Positions 52,637 through 64,000 of a stretch of 64,000 bases of DNA are shown piece by piece (position 1 is the stretch's first letter; each line of letters starts with the position of its first letter). The position numbers were made by a program, and so were the translations under genes. The DNA comes from Eledone cirrhosa (taxonomy: Eukaryota). Below the pieces are notes generated by a model. It was not told the DNA's origin. It ran no database searches and saw nothing but the letters and a program-made list of their open reading frames with translations. The stretch covers positions 367,474,001 through 367,538,000 of the forward strand of contig OZ024741.1 of NCBI GenBank assembly GCA_964016885.1, given 5' to 3'.

Positions 52637-53722
52637 TTAATATGGTACGTCATGAAAATCATTTCACTCCTATCATGTGGTTCAGAAGAAGCTCTCATGG
52701 ATATTATCGAGTGGGTCCTCATGGGTGGGGGAGGGCATGTGAGCTGTTGTGAGTACATTCATGTCATTCATATCATATTATAGAATACAACACTCCTTTG
52801 TAAACTAAAACACAATAACTTCTGAATTGGAGATAAAGCCAGCAATTTGACGGAGGAGAAGCCGATCATACCCAGTGCTTAACTGGTACATTATTTTATC
52901 CAACTGGCAGTATCGGTAGAGGGTCGGACGCCATGCTTTGAAGCATAGAGTTATGGCCCTTTATGATCCAGTTCAAATCCCACCGAGGTTAACTTTGCCT
53001 TTCCTCCTTATGGGGTAAATAAAATGAAGTACCAGTCAGGCACTGGGGTCGATTTAATCGATTTCCCCCTCCACCATTGCTGGCCTTGTGCCTAAATAAG
53101 AAACCATTATTCTATCCAACCCGGAAGGATTATTAAAGGAAAAATTGACCTCGGCCGGATTTGAACTCAGAACATAAAAGGCCATAACTAAATGCCACAA
53201 AGCATTTTGTCACACATTCTAATGATTCTGCCAATTCGTTTATGTATGAGTTAAGACTGGAATAACAACAAACATGTGCAAGTATGAGGGGGGAGAGAGG
53301 GGGGAAGAGGGGGGAGAGGGTGAGAAAGAGGAGGGAAAGAGGTGGGAGAGGGTGAGAAAGAGGAGGGAAAGAGGTGGGAGAGGGTGAGAAAGAGAGAGGG
53401 GGAAGAAGAGAAGTGTGAGTGAGAGTGGGAGAAAGGGATAGGAAAAGAGAGATGATAGAGAGGGAGAAAATGAAGGAAGATAGCGGGGTTGGCGAAAAAG
53501 GGAAGTGGAAAGAGAATGGGAAGAAAATAGATGAGGGTGTTTGTGTAAATATGGGGTTTGGGGAATGTGTCTATGTGGTTGGCTTTTTTAGGTTTGCTGC
53601 CAACCAAAAATGACACCACCGTTTGTTATAAACACCCTGCCCCGTCCACTCCCGCCGGTGTTAATGTCAAGAATCAAGTCATTTTCTCTTTGCATATATG
53701 TGGGAATCTTTCCCCCTCTCTT

Positions 53723-53758
<36 letters not shown>

Positions 53759-53973
53759 CAGTCGATTGACTTTCGTCAAATCGGACCGAGGAAACAATGT
53801 TTCCGTTGGTCTTTCCAATTGCCAAACACTATCTATCGGGTGCAACTCCATGTAGAAAGAGCAGCGTGAAATAAAGTGTCTTGCTCGCCCGGTCGGAGAA
53901 TTGGACTCACAACCTCACGATTGCGAATCCAATTCTCTAACCACTCGGCCACGCGCCTTCATATATATATATC

Positions 53974-54034
<61 letters not shown>

Positions 54035-54609
54035 CTCACACGTCCCCTTCTCTCTCTCTCACTCTCTCTACGAATCGTAAGACCTTTAGTTTTAAAAGTC
54101 TTTAAAAGTTCAAATACTTTTGAAAACAGATAAAACTCCATGATGATCAACGACCCGATCAGATGAACACGAAGACAAACGAACTCGGAACCACAGAAAC
54201 ATGGAACCACGCCCTCTTGTGCAACTTTTGCCAATGGCTCTTCCATACCAGACTGAGACTGTTCAGGTATGTCCATCATAGGGATCATATTAACAATATT
54301 AATTTAATCTAGAAACAACCATTGCTCGGAATCGAACTAATGCCGTCGCATATAATGGTCGGCAAAAACTGCACTGTTCATCAGCTGGTTTTGACTCGAC
54401 AATCTCCCTGCATCTCTTTTCCAGACACTTAGCACAGACTTTACTGAGGAGGTTTAACAAGAGGATCCTTCTGTAATTGGAACAATCTCTCTTGTCACCC
54501 TTTTTTAAAATTGGTATTATTACTCACAATTACCATTGCTTAGGAGCCTTTCCTGAGATCCAGGCCACCCAGCACACATGAGTCATCCAGAGTATACCTT
54601 CACTATTTA

Positions 54610-55312
54610 AGGACCTTCTGCGGAAGGTTGTGCAGGAGTATGGGATTGATGGTCAGATTCTTGCTGCCCTGATGTCTCTATACGAATACCCGAGTTTTTG
54701 TGTTTGGATAAATGGTGCTAAATCGAATCCATTCAATGTGGAAGTCAGACTCTGCCAAGGGCGCGTACTGTCACCTCTCCTGATCATTTTTGCCTTTCAT
54801 CCTTACGGGGTCGATAAAATAAAGTACCAGTAATGCACTGGGATAATTGATGGCCTTGTACCAAAAGTAGAAACAATTATTTTCCCGAACAGGATTGACA
54901 TGTGCAGCCGGATTGGAAGTGGTATCACGACTGGCGGGTGTAAGATCAGTCGGCTGGAATTTGCAGACGACAGGGTGTCACTTAACTCGAGAGAAGGTGA
55001 TCTCCGACTTGTAATCAATAGGTTTGATGCCGAGTGCTGCATGGCTGGAATGAATCAGTGCAGGAGACCCAGGGGTAGACACCGAGCAAGATGGTTGAAT
55101 AACATCCATGAGCTTGGTAGGTCTTGCTTGAGGATCCAGCCGGATCAGTTGGAGACAGTTGATTCGGACAGGACCTGTTGGAGGGAGTGTCTGAGGACTC
55201 TGCCCCCACTACTCTCTTACGAAGACGAAGAAGAAGAAGAAGAAGAAGAAGAAGAAGAAGAAGAAGAAGAAGAAGAAGAAGAAGAAGAAGAAGAAGAAGA
55301 AGAAGAAGAAGA
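54610..55312 (+). mobile_element. RTE-clade LINE RT fragment, internally deleted, SINE-interrupted, with (GAA)n tail
   Basis: Reads EYGIDGQIL..SLY..NPFNVEVRLCQGRVLSPLL, LEFADD and RRPRGRHRARWL. A family A SINE stub sits at 54788-54880. Confidence 0.82.
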
Positions 55313-56169
55313 ACTATATCAGTAAACGATAAGGAATAATAGTGTGTGTGTGTGCGTGTGAGAGAGGGGGAGAAAGAGAAAGAGAGAAAGTAAAAGGGAG
55401 GATGAGAGAAAGAGAGAGAAACAAACTTATATGCTGATAATGTAGAACGGAATTGACGGCCATCTGTTCGATCACGGAATAGCTTGTAAAACTAACATAC
55501 ACCTGGCTAAGTATTCCACGTATACTCTTAACATAGTTCTCAGGAAGATTTCGCGTATACTCTTAACATAGTTCTCAGGAAGATTTCGCGTGATACAGCG
55601 TATGACAATGCTGGCCTTTGAGTTACAGGTACAATCCATCCGATGGGCTTTCAAACAGTTTCCGTCTAGCCAATTTCACTTACTAGACATAGGTTGACTC
55701 AAAACCTGGACCTAATGATTTTGAAGCGAACTCCTTAACCATTCGGCTGTGCCTGCAGCTGACAATGTAAAAATCAGTTTAATGTACCTGTCTGTTGATA
55801 TGTGCTTCATCATATTTAAGTGAGTTCTTTATAACTAGGTTAAGTGATTCTGAAGTAGATTCGGCTTAACACTGTAATCAGTGAAAATATTTTGTTGCAA
55901 GGAACGCCCACCATTACTATCATATAATATAGAAAAAATGTATGTAAAATGATACCATATTTGTTATTTGGGTGCAGACAGAGCAGCCTTTAAATCATGT
56001 GCTGTCGAAATTACCTAAAGGTGACGATGCTTGTCTCTGCAGTAACATCAATGAATCACCACCCTGTGACCCTTCCTATGCGCAACATCAATGTATGTAT
56101 AAATATATATAAAGTTGCAGATAATATTTTACTAAACACATGCAAAGTTCCTGATACACACGCACACAC

Positions 56170-56264
<95 letters not shown>

Positions 56265-56374
56265 AGGTGAGTTTTATAGTAGCACAATAAAGCAATGCAA
56301 ATATCGGATAAGTATGTTGATTTAACACTTCACTGCTCGCATTGTTTTTTAAACTTCATATCATGTCTCCTTAT

Positions 56375-56439
56375 TTTATCTGATGAGAACGCAAATATCA
56401 TCCCATGATGATATTTGTTTTTGAAATGCGCATAATAAA
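56375..56439 (+). ncRNA. Type I hammerhead ribozyme motif
   Basis: tttat CTGATGA gaac gcaaatatcatc ccat gatgatatttgt tttt GAAA tgcgca TA ataaa. The core is intact and stem III is palindromic. Confidence 0.8.
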
Positions 56440-56472
56440 CTACATGGAACTCTTTTAACCATCTTTTGATTT

Positions 56473-56524
<52 letters not shown>

Positions 56525-56530
<6 letters not shown>

Positions 56531-57058
56531 AAATGGGGAGAAGAATACTGCAGGTTGCACATGGATAACATGTTATAAAATGAGTCCCTCATCAGTGATT
56601 TGCCGACGATCATAGATATTTCATTGCATTAAAAATCATATACCTCACGTCGGTGCAATAATAACTAAATTAAGTTATTAGGACAATTAAAACGCGTAAA
56701 GCGAGTGAGACAAGTAAACAACAAAGAGGAAAGCTAACCGTAGAGAGGAAGGGAACAAGCTACATAGTTATTCTGTTAGCATAAGCTAGGTGAATATATG
56801 AGCGCTTAGAAAAAAGACCTTTCGAGATGAATCCAAATGTGAGAAAGAAGGAAAATGTATTCGTCGCGAACGGGGTGAAGTGAGAAGGGGAGAAACAGTG
56901 AGTGAGTGAGTGGAAGTGTGGGGAAGAGTTAACTGACATGACAGAGGGGGCGAAAGAAAGTAGGAGAAACAGAGAGAACGAGGGAGCAGTAAGAGAGAGA
57001 GAGAGAAAAACAGAATCGCAGTTTAGGTAAATATATGTGAAAAAATGGGGAGAAGAAT
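56525..57058. repeat. Diverged relative of the 616-bp unit, with a terminal direct repeat
   Basis: Shares tcatcagtgat..atcatag..atttcat..catatacctc. The string tgaaaaaatggggagaagaata occurs at both ends. Confidence 0.7.
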
Positions 57059-57848
57059 ATATATATATATATATATACACACAGTGCCCCCCACCCACCC
57101 CCAAAAATATATATACATCATTCAACAGCGTTCTAATCAAAGTGTGTATACATTTTCGGGGACTCTCTGTATATATATATATGAGGAACTGTACTTCTAT
57201 AGCGGCTGCTGGTCACTTTTTCCGTCTATAGGGGTCTGAATACAGTAGACTTCTTCCGGAGAAATATAGAAAGTGGGAGAGAGAAAATGAGAAAGAGATA
57301 TAGAGGAAAACTCGACCCAGTACGGTACATTTTTATCGACCGCCAATGGATGAAAGGCAAAGTTGACCTCGGCAGGATTCGAACTCAGAGAGTATAGAGC
57401 ATTTTATCCGACGTTCTAACGACTCTGCCAATTCACGGCCTTATGAATTCTTTAAAATAGATTATTTCATATCAAAGAACCATTTTCAGGCAGGTTGGTG
57501 TGAAAAGGGTAAAATAATTGTTTCTACTTTTGGCACAAGGCCAGCAATTATCCCAGTGTATTACTGGTACTTTATTTTATCGACTCCTTAAGGATGAAAG
57601 GCAAAGTTAACCTCGGCGGGATTTGAACTCAGACTATAAAGGGCTGTAACTCTTTGCTGCAAAGCATGGCGTCCGACCCTCTACCAATACTGCCAATCCA
57701 CCGAAAAGGGTAAAATAATGATGCAGTTTACTAGTCAGAAATATAGTCATGAAATAGTTAGGGAAGTATATCCTCGGTCCTCGGACAGCTGCTGTTTTCC
57801 TCCACCAAATCAAGACAGGGGCATCACGCCCGAGACAGGAATTACATC

Positions 57849-58240
57849 GTATGGTTGATGCAACGAGTATCGCAAACTGTCCTCCGCGATAACACTTTTG
57901 CCATCTTGTCCGCATTGTGCAACCAAAGGTGTAAAGCTTTCCTCTCCTCATATTTTGAAAATGTCAACCCTCTTCATTCCAACTTGATCAAAACTAGCTC
58001 TCGTATTAGGAAAAAAAACTATTCAGTTTAAAGTGACCTCATATGTGGTATGGTTGATGCAACGAGTATCGCAAACTGTCCTCCGCGATAACACTTTTGC
58101 CATCTTGTCCGCATTGTGCAACCAAAGGTGTAAAGCTTTCCTCTCCTCATATTTTGAAAATGTCAACCCTCTTCATTCCAACTTGATCAAAACTAGCTCT
58201 CGTATTAGGAAAAAAAACTATTCAGTTTAAAGTGACCTCA
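57849..58240. repeat. Apparently exact tandem duplication, period 199 bp
   Basis: gtatggttgatgcaacgag...gtgacctcat occurs at 57849 and 58048. Confidence 0.92.
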
Positions 58241-58324
58241 TTTAAATTAAAATCTTCCAGCATAATTTTATATAAGAACCATATGTTAAGTTACTATCTT
58301 AGCAATTATTTATTTTATTAAAAC

Positions 58325-58505
58325 ATTTTCCCCTGAGAATGGCGAGGGACACGTGCTAGAACTGTCACTGCACCCCAAGGGGCTTGCACTTGCGGGTAGC
58401 CAACTTCGTCTCGATAGCAGTGAGTCCTGAGACTAAGAACGCCGAAAGTCGCTACTGCCGCAGACTCGACCACAAACCTATCAGAGAGCAGCCGATACGC
58501 TCACA
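58325..58505 (-). mobile_element. Possible remnant of a restriction-like endonuclease (CRE-type) non-LTR element C-terminus
   Basis: A GC-rich island whose minus strand gives GLW...F*HVSLAILRG, resembling the LS.AIQRGN ending. The match is short and broken. Confidence 0.3.
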
Positions 58506-59056
58506 CAGTCTATCGATATCAACCCAATACTTATTTCTGTCTTGTAATTATCTCAATTTTATTAAATCTCTCAAGATTATTCTTTAATTAATTAAAATAA
58601 AATGTATTTCGTTAAAAATACGGTCACAAAAACAATTCAATGAATAATGAAACAGTTAAAAATATAACCATGAACTGATTAGTATGAATAGAAGTATACA
58701 TTAGTTTCGGTGATTGTCGTGTAAGAAAGTTATTGTGGCATTCTTAATTCTTAATCTGTAGGAAGCCATGGTGTGATAGCCAGCTGAAGAAATAGGCAAC
58801 GTGGGCAGATTGTTAAGATTCGGTAAAATTAGATTCAGTGGCAGACGACAACATGACTCAGTGACATAATCAAAAGGCAAAAAAATAAACGCAAAATAGA
58901 ATGAAATAAGATAAAAATATAAATGAAATAACTAGATAAAAAAATAATCGAGACAAAAGGATTCTTATTTACTGTGAGAAAGTTTAGGGTTTGAAAATCT
59001 AGGACAAGATATCACAAGACGAAACGCTTCAAAAAGAAACATATGTATGTAAGATG

Positions 59057-59094
<38 letters not shown>

Positions 59095-59609
59095 CACACA
59101 TATATATGCGTGAGTGTGTGTTTGAGAATGTATAAACATATATTAAGAAGAACGTTAGCAGCCGAAGTGTGTGATAATGTTCTATCTGTATAAATACAGT
59201 GTATAACCGAGACTACAACAATGTGTATATAAATATACACATTTTTAAATATGTAGACAGGTAAACATACAAGAAAATACAAATTTCCCTGTAAACTGAA
59301 ATAATTGTTTCTACTTTTGGTACAAGGCCAGCAAATAACCAGTACATTACTGGTACTTTATTTTATCGACCCCGTAAGGATGAAAGGCAAAGTTAACCTC
59401 GGCGGGAGTTGAACTCAGACCGTAAAGGGCCGTAACTATGCTGGAAAGCATGTCCGACCCTCTACCGATACTGCCAATTCAATAATGATAAATTATTTCA
59501 ATTTACAGAGAAAATCGTATTTTCTACATATTGTTGTAGTCTCGGTTACGCACTCCGTATACGGATATAAATTTATGGATATATATACAGTATATTTTAC
59601 TAAGCCTCC

Positions 59610-59681
<72 letters not shown>

Positions 59682-59782
59682 TATTTTCGATTTCATCTCT
59701 TTTTCTTTATACTTTCACTCGTGTAGGACACTTCGGTTATTTTTCAATTTGTAAAAAAAACCTCACTTTCTAATATATACAG

Positions 59783-59813
<31 letters not shown>

Positions 59814-59984
59814 ATAAATGTATTTATAAACAACCGGTTGACTTCAGAAGCATTGGAAAACCTTGAAAGTTAAAATGGAGTTCTCCCAATGCAAGTAAAC
59901 ATTATAATAGTACTTGATCACTATACACAATAGTTGAGAAAATCGGTTCAAATAACCCAAACAGAAGAGAAACTTGTGGATAGA

Positions 59985-60325
59985 GGCGCTTGCGAGTAAT
60001 CAAACCTTGCATCTCTCAGGTGCCGGACGAGTCTGTTAACCACTACGCTAAAGAACCGCTAACCACATATCCTGTCCTCTTTAAATAATATTAAGCCTGT
60101 AGCTAGAAATGTATTTGGGAACGATTACATTTGAGTAGAAATTTGTTTGGGAACGATTACATTTGAAAATTGAAATGTTCCCAATGTTTCTTGAGTCAAG
60201 CGATTGTTTATACTTCTAGCTACATGATCAAGATTTCTTAATGGCCAGCGGTTTTTTAGTGTAGTTGTTAACGCACTCGCTCGCAATCCGAGAGATGCAG
60301 GGTTCGATTCCTCGTAGGTTCCTCT
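59985..60325. mobile_element. Divergent pair of tRNA-like SINE heads (minus 59985-60062, plus 60247-60325)
   Basis: agcggtt.tttag.gtagt.gttaac...gagagatgca.ggtt.gatt occurs in both orientations. The B box reads ggttcgattcc. Confidence 0.6.
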
Positions 60326-60672
60326 GTCTACATTTATTGTTTCCAAGTGTGCTTTACCCGATTTTTCACTATTATTTAGTCGTTCGCAGGTTGGTAGATT
60401 GGCAAAATTGGTAGAGCATCGGATGGAATTCCATTGCGGTATTTGTTCTGACCTTTTACGATCTGAGTTCAAATCCCGCCGAAGTTAGCCATGCCTTTCA
60501 TCTTTATGATGTTGACAAAACAAAGTACCAGTAACGGGCTTGTGTCAAAAGTAAAAATAATTATTATTGTCATTTGCATTGGGACAACTATATTTCAAAT
60601 TTCCTATGTAAATATAATATAATGTCCCGAATAGCCGAATTATGATGTGCCATGCCATGGTCACGCACACAC

Positions 60673-60703
<31 letters not shown>

Positions 60704-60889
60704 ACTGTGTATGTGTGCAGGTGTGTGTGTATATATAAATAGTTAGATATGTCTGTAAAGTTCTGTCAAAGAATTCGTGTGTTTATGTGTGAAAATGCAA
60801 ATACTCAAATATCAGAATTCCCTAGGGGTGTGTGTGTGTGGAGGGGGGGGGGAGAAACTCATCCTTATTCTTTTAGTATCTGAAGCAGA

Positions 60890-61930
60890 AGAATTATATA
60901 TATATTTCTGATTTTCTATTTAAGAGGTTTAGCTTAGAATAGATTATAGTGCAAATCTCTAGAAGACAGAGGTTACATAATTTATTCGGTGGTTTATACG
61001 ATGCGGCCTCATCTATTACTTCCCATTGAAGTGTATATGGTCTATTCTTAGTTTTCAGAGAGTGTATGTAGTTATATAAAGAAGTGGAGTTGGCTAAATT
61101 GCGATTTTTGAAAGTGTGGAGATGCGAGTTATATCTCGTCTTGAAGCAGTTCGAAGTAGAACCGATATATGTTTTTGAAGTGTTGTTTGTATTGACTGTG
61201 CATGAATAACTGATGTCTTTGATTAAGCAATTTTTTCATAAGGGGCAAGTTCTATTTGTTCTACAGTTACAGTTATTCTGGTTGTTTGCTTGCCGGTTAA
61301 TAGGGTGTGTAGAGGCATGGTTGTTAGGGATAGCATTAGGGTAATGATGATTATCATTCTCATTGTTATTAATTTCATGAATTGGCAGTATCGGTAGAGT
61401 GTCGGACGCCATGTTTTGACACATAGGTGTTACGGCCCTTGCCATTCTGAGTTCAAATCCCGTCGAGGTTAACTTTGCCTTTCATCCTAGCGGGGGTCGA
61501 TAAAATAAAGTACCAGTAATACACTGGGATAATTGCTGGCCTTGTGCCTATTGTAGAAACAATTAATTTCATTATTACTTTTACTATTATTGCTACTAGA
61601 ATTCTCTGGTACTACGTTGTTATGTAAGTTCACCCCCTGTTGCGATTTAATTAGTTGGAAATAATTATTAATCTTCCTTTTATTACTACTAGCTATATGG
61701 TACGCGATGTTAGGTGTGGTAGAGTAAGAGATTTTAATAGTATTTTTATTGATAAGATTATGGTATTTGTGGCTGACTGGGAAGTTTTTTTTTAAGATTG
61801 AGAAGAAAGTCTTAGGCAAGTTGGTAGAGACGTTTAGATTGAAAGGGGGATTGAAAAATGTATTAGTTCTTCTATTTTTGTTTTTTGTAATGTTATTTGA
61901 GGTATTGTTTCTATTTCTGTTTAAATAAAT
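60890..61930 (-). pseudogene. Penelope-like element: RT-EN linker and GIY-YIG endonuclease, decayed
   Basis: Reads FFNPPF..NV.TN...FP..HK...N.NTIKISYS, CNCRTNRTCPL*KNCLIKDISY...TYIGST..FKTRYNSH and W...CNLCLLEI..I...LLNRKSE. Confidence 0.88.
61379..61561 (+). mobile_element. Family A SINE inserted in the Penelope ORF
   Basis: 11-bp TSD attaatttcat at 61368-61378 and 61562-61572. Confidence 0.88.
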
Positions 61931-62160
61931 TAAAAAATGATTTAAAGTAGTTGGCATTATATTTGCAAACCGTGGGACTTGTTCCTATAGGATGGAAATA
62001 GCTATGTGATGAAATTTACTTTTCCGTTAGAAATTCTCTGAATTTCTAATCTTTTGTAAATGGAAACCGCCGGTAATAGCATTGAGAACAGGTAGATATT
62101 TAAATCATTTTTTAATTTATTTAAAGAATTGTTTAATGTTTGTTTGTTCTGCTCATCTCA

Positions 62161-62265
<105 letters not shown>

Positions 62266-62398
62266 ATTAAATAATATTATATATATATATATATATATAC
62301 AATATTAAATAATATTATTATAGCGTAAACCTCTTCAAATGAAGTCGATGTTTATTACGGTATGTCGAATATATTTATCTATAAAACTGCTTATATTG

Positions 62399-62464
62399 TA
62401 TTTTGTCTGATGAAGGCATAGCATATTGTTAATATGATATCCCCGAAATATATATAATGAAATA
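62399..62464 (+). ncRNA. Type I hammerhead ribozyme motif (same family as 290-355)
   Basis: tattttgt CTGATGA aggcatagcatattgttaatatgatatcccc GAAA tatata TA atgaaata. The downstream aatatggttttataaa is shared with the 244-571 element. Confidence 0.75.
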
Positions 62465-62610
62465 AATATGGTTTTATAAATATAGTTTTCCATTTATTTA
62501 ATATTGTAAATATACTCCAAATATTTGTCGAGTGCTTTTATATCAGTTATAAATATTTACTAGTTGTAACCCAACAATTTTTAAATATAACTTTACATAT
62601 ATATATACTC

Positions 62611-62684
<74 letters not shown>

Positions 62685-62808
62685 GAGTAAATATTGATGC
62701 AATTCAATTCAAGCACTCAACGTACTTTTTCCACATAGGAGTGACGGAGTAAATATCGAATAAGTAAAAGCGAAGTAGTTTCAGATGTTCAAGTACTTTA
62801 ATAATAAT

Positions 62809-62882
62809 GCTGTGATATATATTTCAATGACGCCACTTGCCACATTGTTCTGTGTGCGAGTGTCGTGACATCATCAGACAGC
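62809..62882 (-). ncRNA. Type I hammerhead ribozyme motif (left arm)
   Basis: Reverse complement of 63840-63913 with an intact core. Confidence 0.78.
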
Positions 62883-63839
62883 TTGTTACATAATAAGGTT
62901 ATGTTTCCGAGGCAATCCAAGTTGAATCGACATGGGAACGGACGAAGTGTGTGCTTTTGGGTTCTTCATCCGTTCCCCTGTGAGTACCAATTCACCCCCA
63001 CCGCTCTGCGCAGGCGCATGTCCGAAGGAAGTTGACCATTAGCTACCGCAGATATCAACGAAATTCGCTTAGTCAGTTCACCCTCTCAGCCAAACAATGA
63101 CCCATCTAGGCCTGTACCATAGTTTACTGCTACCCGTCCCGTCTGTGGCAGTCAACCGAAAGCCAGAGGCGATGGGAGAGTGTTAGTTTTTACAGTTCAC
63201 AATACTACCTCTCATCAAGCATGGACAGTACGACTGACCATCAACTCCCAAGAGAAAATATACTTAATTCTAGGTATCATGGATTCTCACTTGAAAAATT
63301 TTTTAATTTCTAATTTGTTAATTTTTTAATTGTTTAATTTATAATTTTTTTAAATTGTTTAATTTACAATTTTTGATTTAGGATTTTAATTTTTATTTCC
63401 AACTCTCACTCATAACTTCCAATGTAAAACCATGATACCTAGAATTAAGTATATTTTCTCTTGGGAGTTGATGGTCAGTCGTACTGTCCATGCTTGGTGA
63501 GAGGTAGTATTGTGAACTGTAAAAACTAACACTCTCCCATCCCCTCTAGCTTTCGGTTGACTGCCACAGACAGTGGTAGCAGTAAACTATGGTACAGGCC
63601 TATGGTACAGGCCTAAATGGGTCATTGTTTGGCTGAGAGGGTGAACTGACTAAGCGAATTTCGTTGATATCTGCGGTAGCTAATGGTCAACTTCCTTCGG
63701 ACATGCGCCTGCGCAGAGCGGTGGGGGTGAATTGGTACTCACAGGGGAACGGATGAAGAACCCAAAAGCACACACTTCGTCCGTTCCCATATCGATTCAA
63801 CTTGGATTGCCTCGGAAACATAACCTTATTATGTAACAA

Positions 63840-63913
63840 GCTGTCTGATGATGTCACGACACTCGCACACAGAACAGTGTGGCCAGTGTCGTCATTGAAA
63901 TATATATCACAGC
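63840..63913 (+). ncRNA. Type I hammerhead ribozyme motif (right arm)
   Basis: gctgt CTGATGA tgtc acgacact cg cacac agaaca gtgtg gcc agtgtcgt catt GAAA tatata TC acagc. Confidence 0.8.
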
Positions 63914-64000
63914 ATTATTATTAAAGGACTAAGGCGGTGGATTGGCAGTATCGGTAGAGGATCGGATGCCATGCTTTGAAGCATAGAGTTACCTCCCTGT

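Larger units (their letters stand above)
62796..63926. repeat. Long inverted repeat (arms 62796-63282 and 63430-63926, AT-rich ~147-bp spacer)
   Basis: The ~490-bp arms are near-perfect reverse complements with a few substitutions and small indels. Confidence 0.95.

Noticed and set aside
52549-52783. Possible host exon
   Set aside because: The sequence is complex, but stops flank the plausible frames and there is no consistent splice pair or recognisable motif.
60247-60325. Functional tRNA gene
   Set aside because: A and B boxes are present, but the cloverleaf pairs poorly and a decayed inverted copy lies nearby, consistent with a SINE head.
61236-61238. In-frame TGA in the Penelope ORF as selenocysteine
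   Set aside because: It falls at the variable position after CPL rather than at a conserved Cys. The copy is decayed and no SECIS was identified.

Overview
This is AT-rich, microsatellite-laden eukaryotic DNA with no recognisable host gene; the SINE types suggest an octopus-like cephalopod, which is inference. The window consists almost entirely of repeats. It holds an ~18 kb array of a 31-bp minisatellite (3220-21070) with multi-kb internal duplications, and a decayed Tx1/L1-type LINE (38850-43788, minus strand) cut by a 200-N gap. It also holds RTE, CR1 and Penelope (GIY-YIG) fragments, two nested Helitrons, hAT and Tc1 MITEs, and more than 20 tRNA-derived SINEs. The most notable signal is about ten type I hammerhead ribozyme motifs from several unrelated small-repeat families. 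They have palindromic stem III and often long stem II, and sit in inverted repeats, tandem units or beside Penelope fragments, which points to a diverse Penelope/retrozyme-like population. A 616-bp tandem unit carries a permuted hammerhead-like motif with covarying pairs. Long ORFs in the track outside the LINEs are repeat artefacts. All structures were paired by eye.
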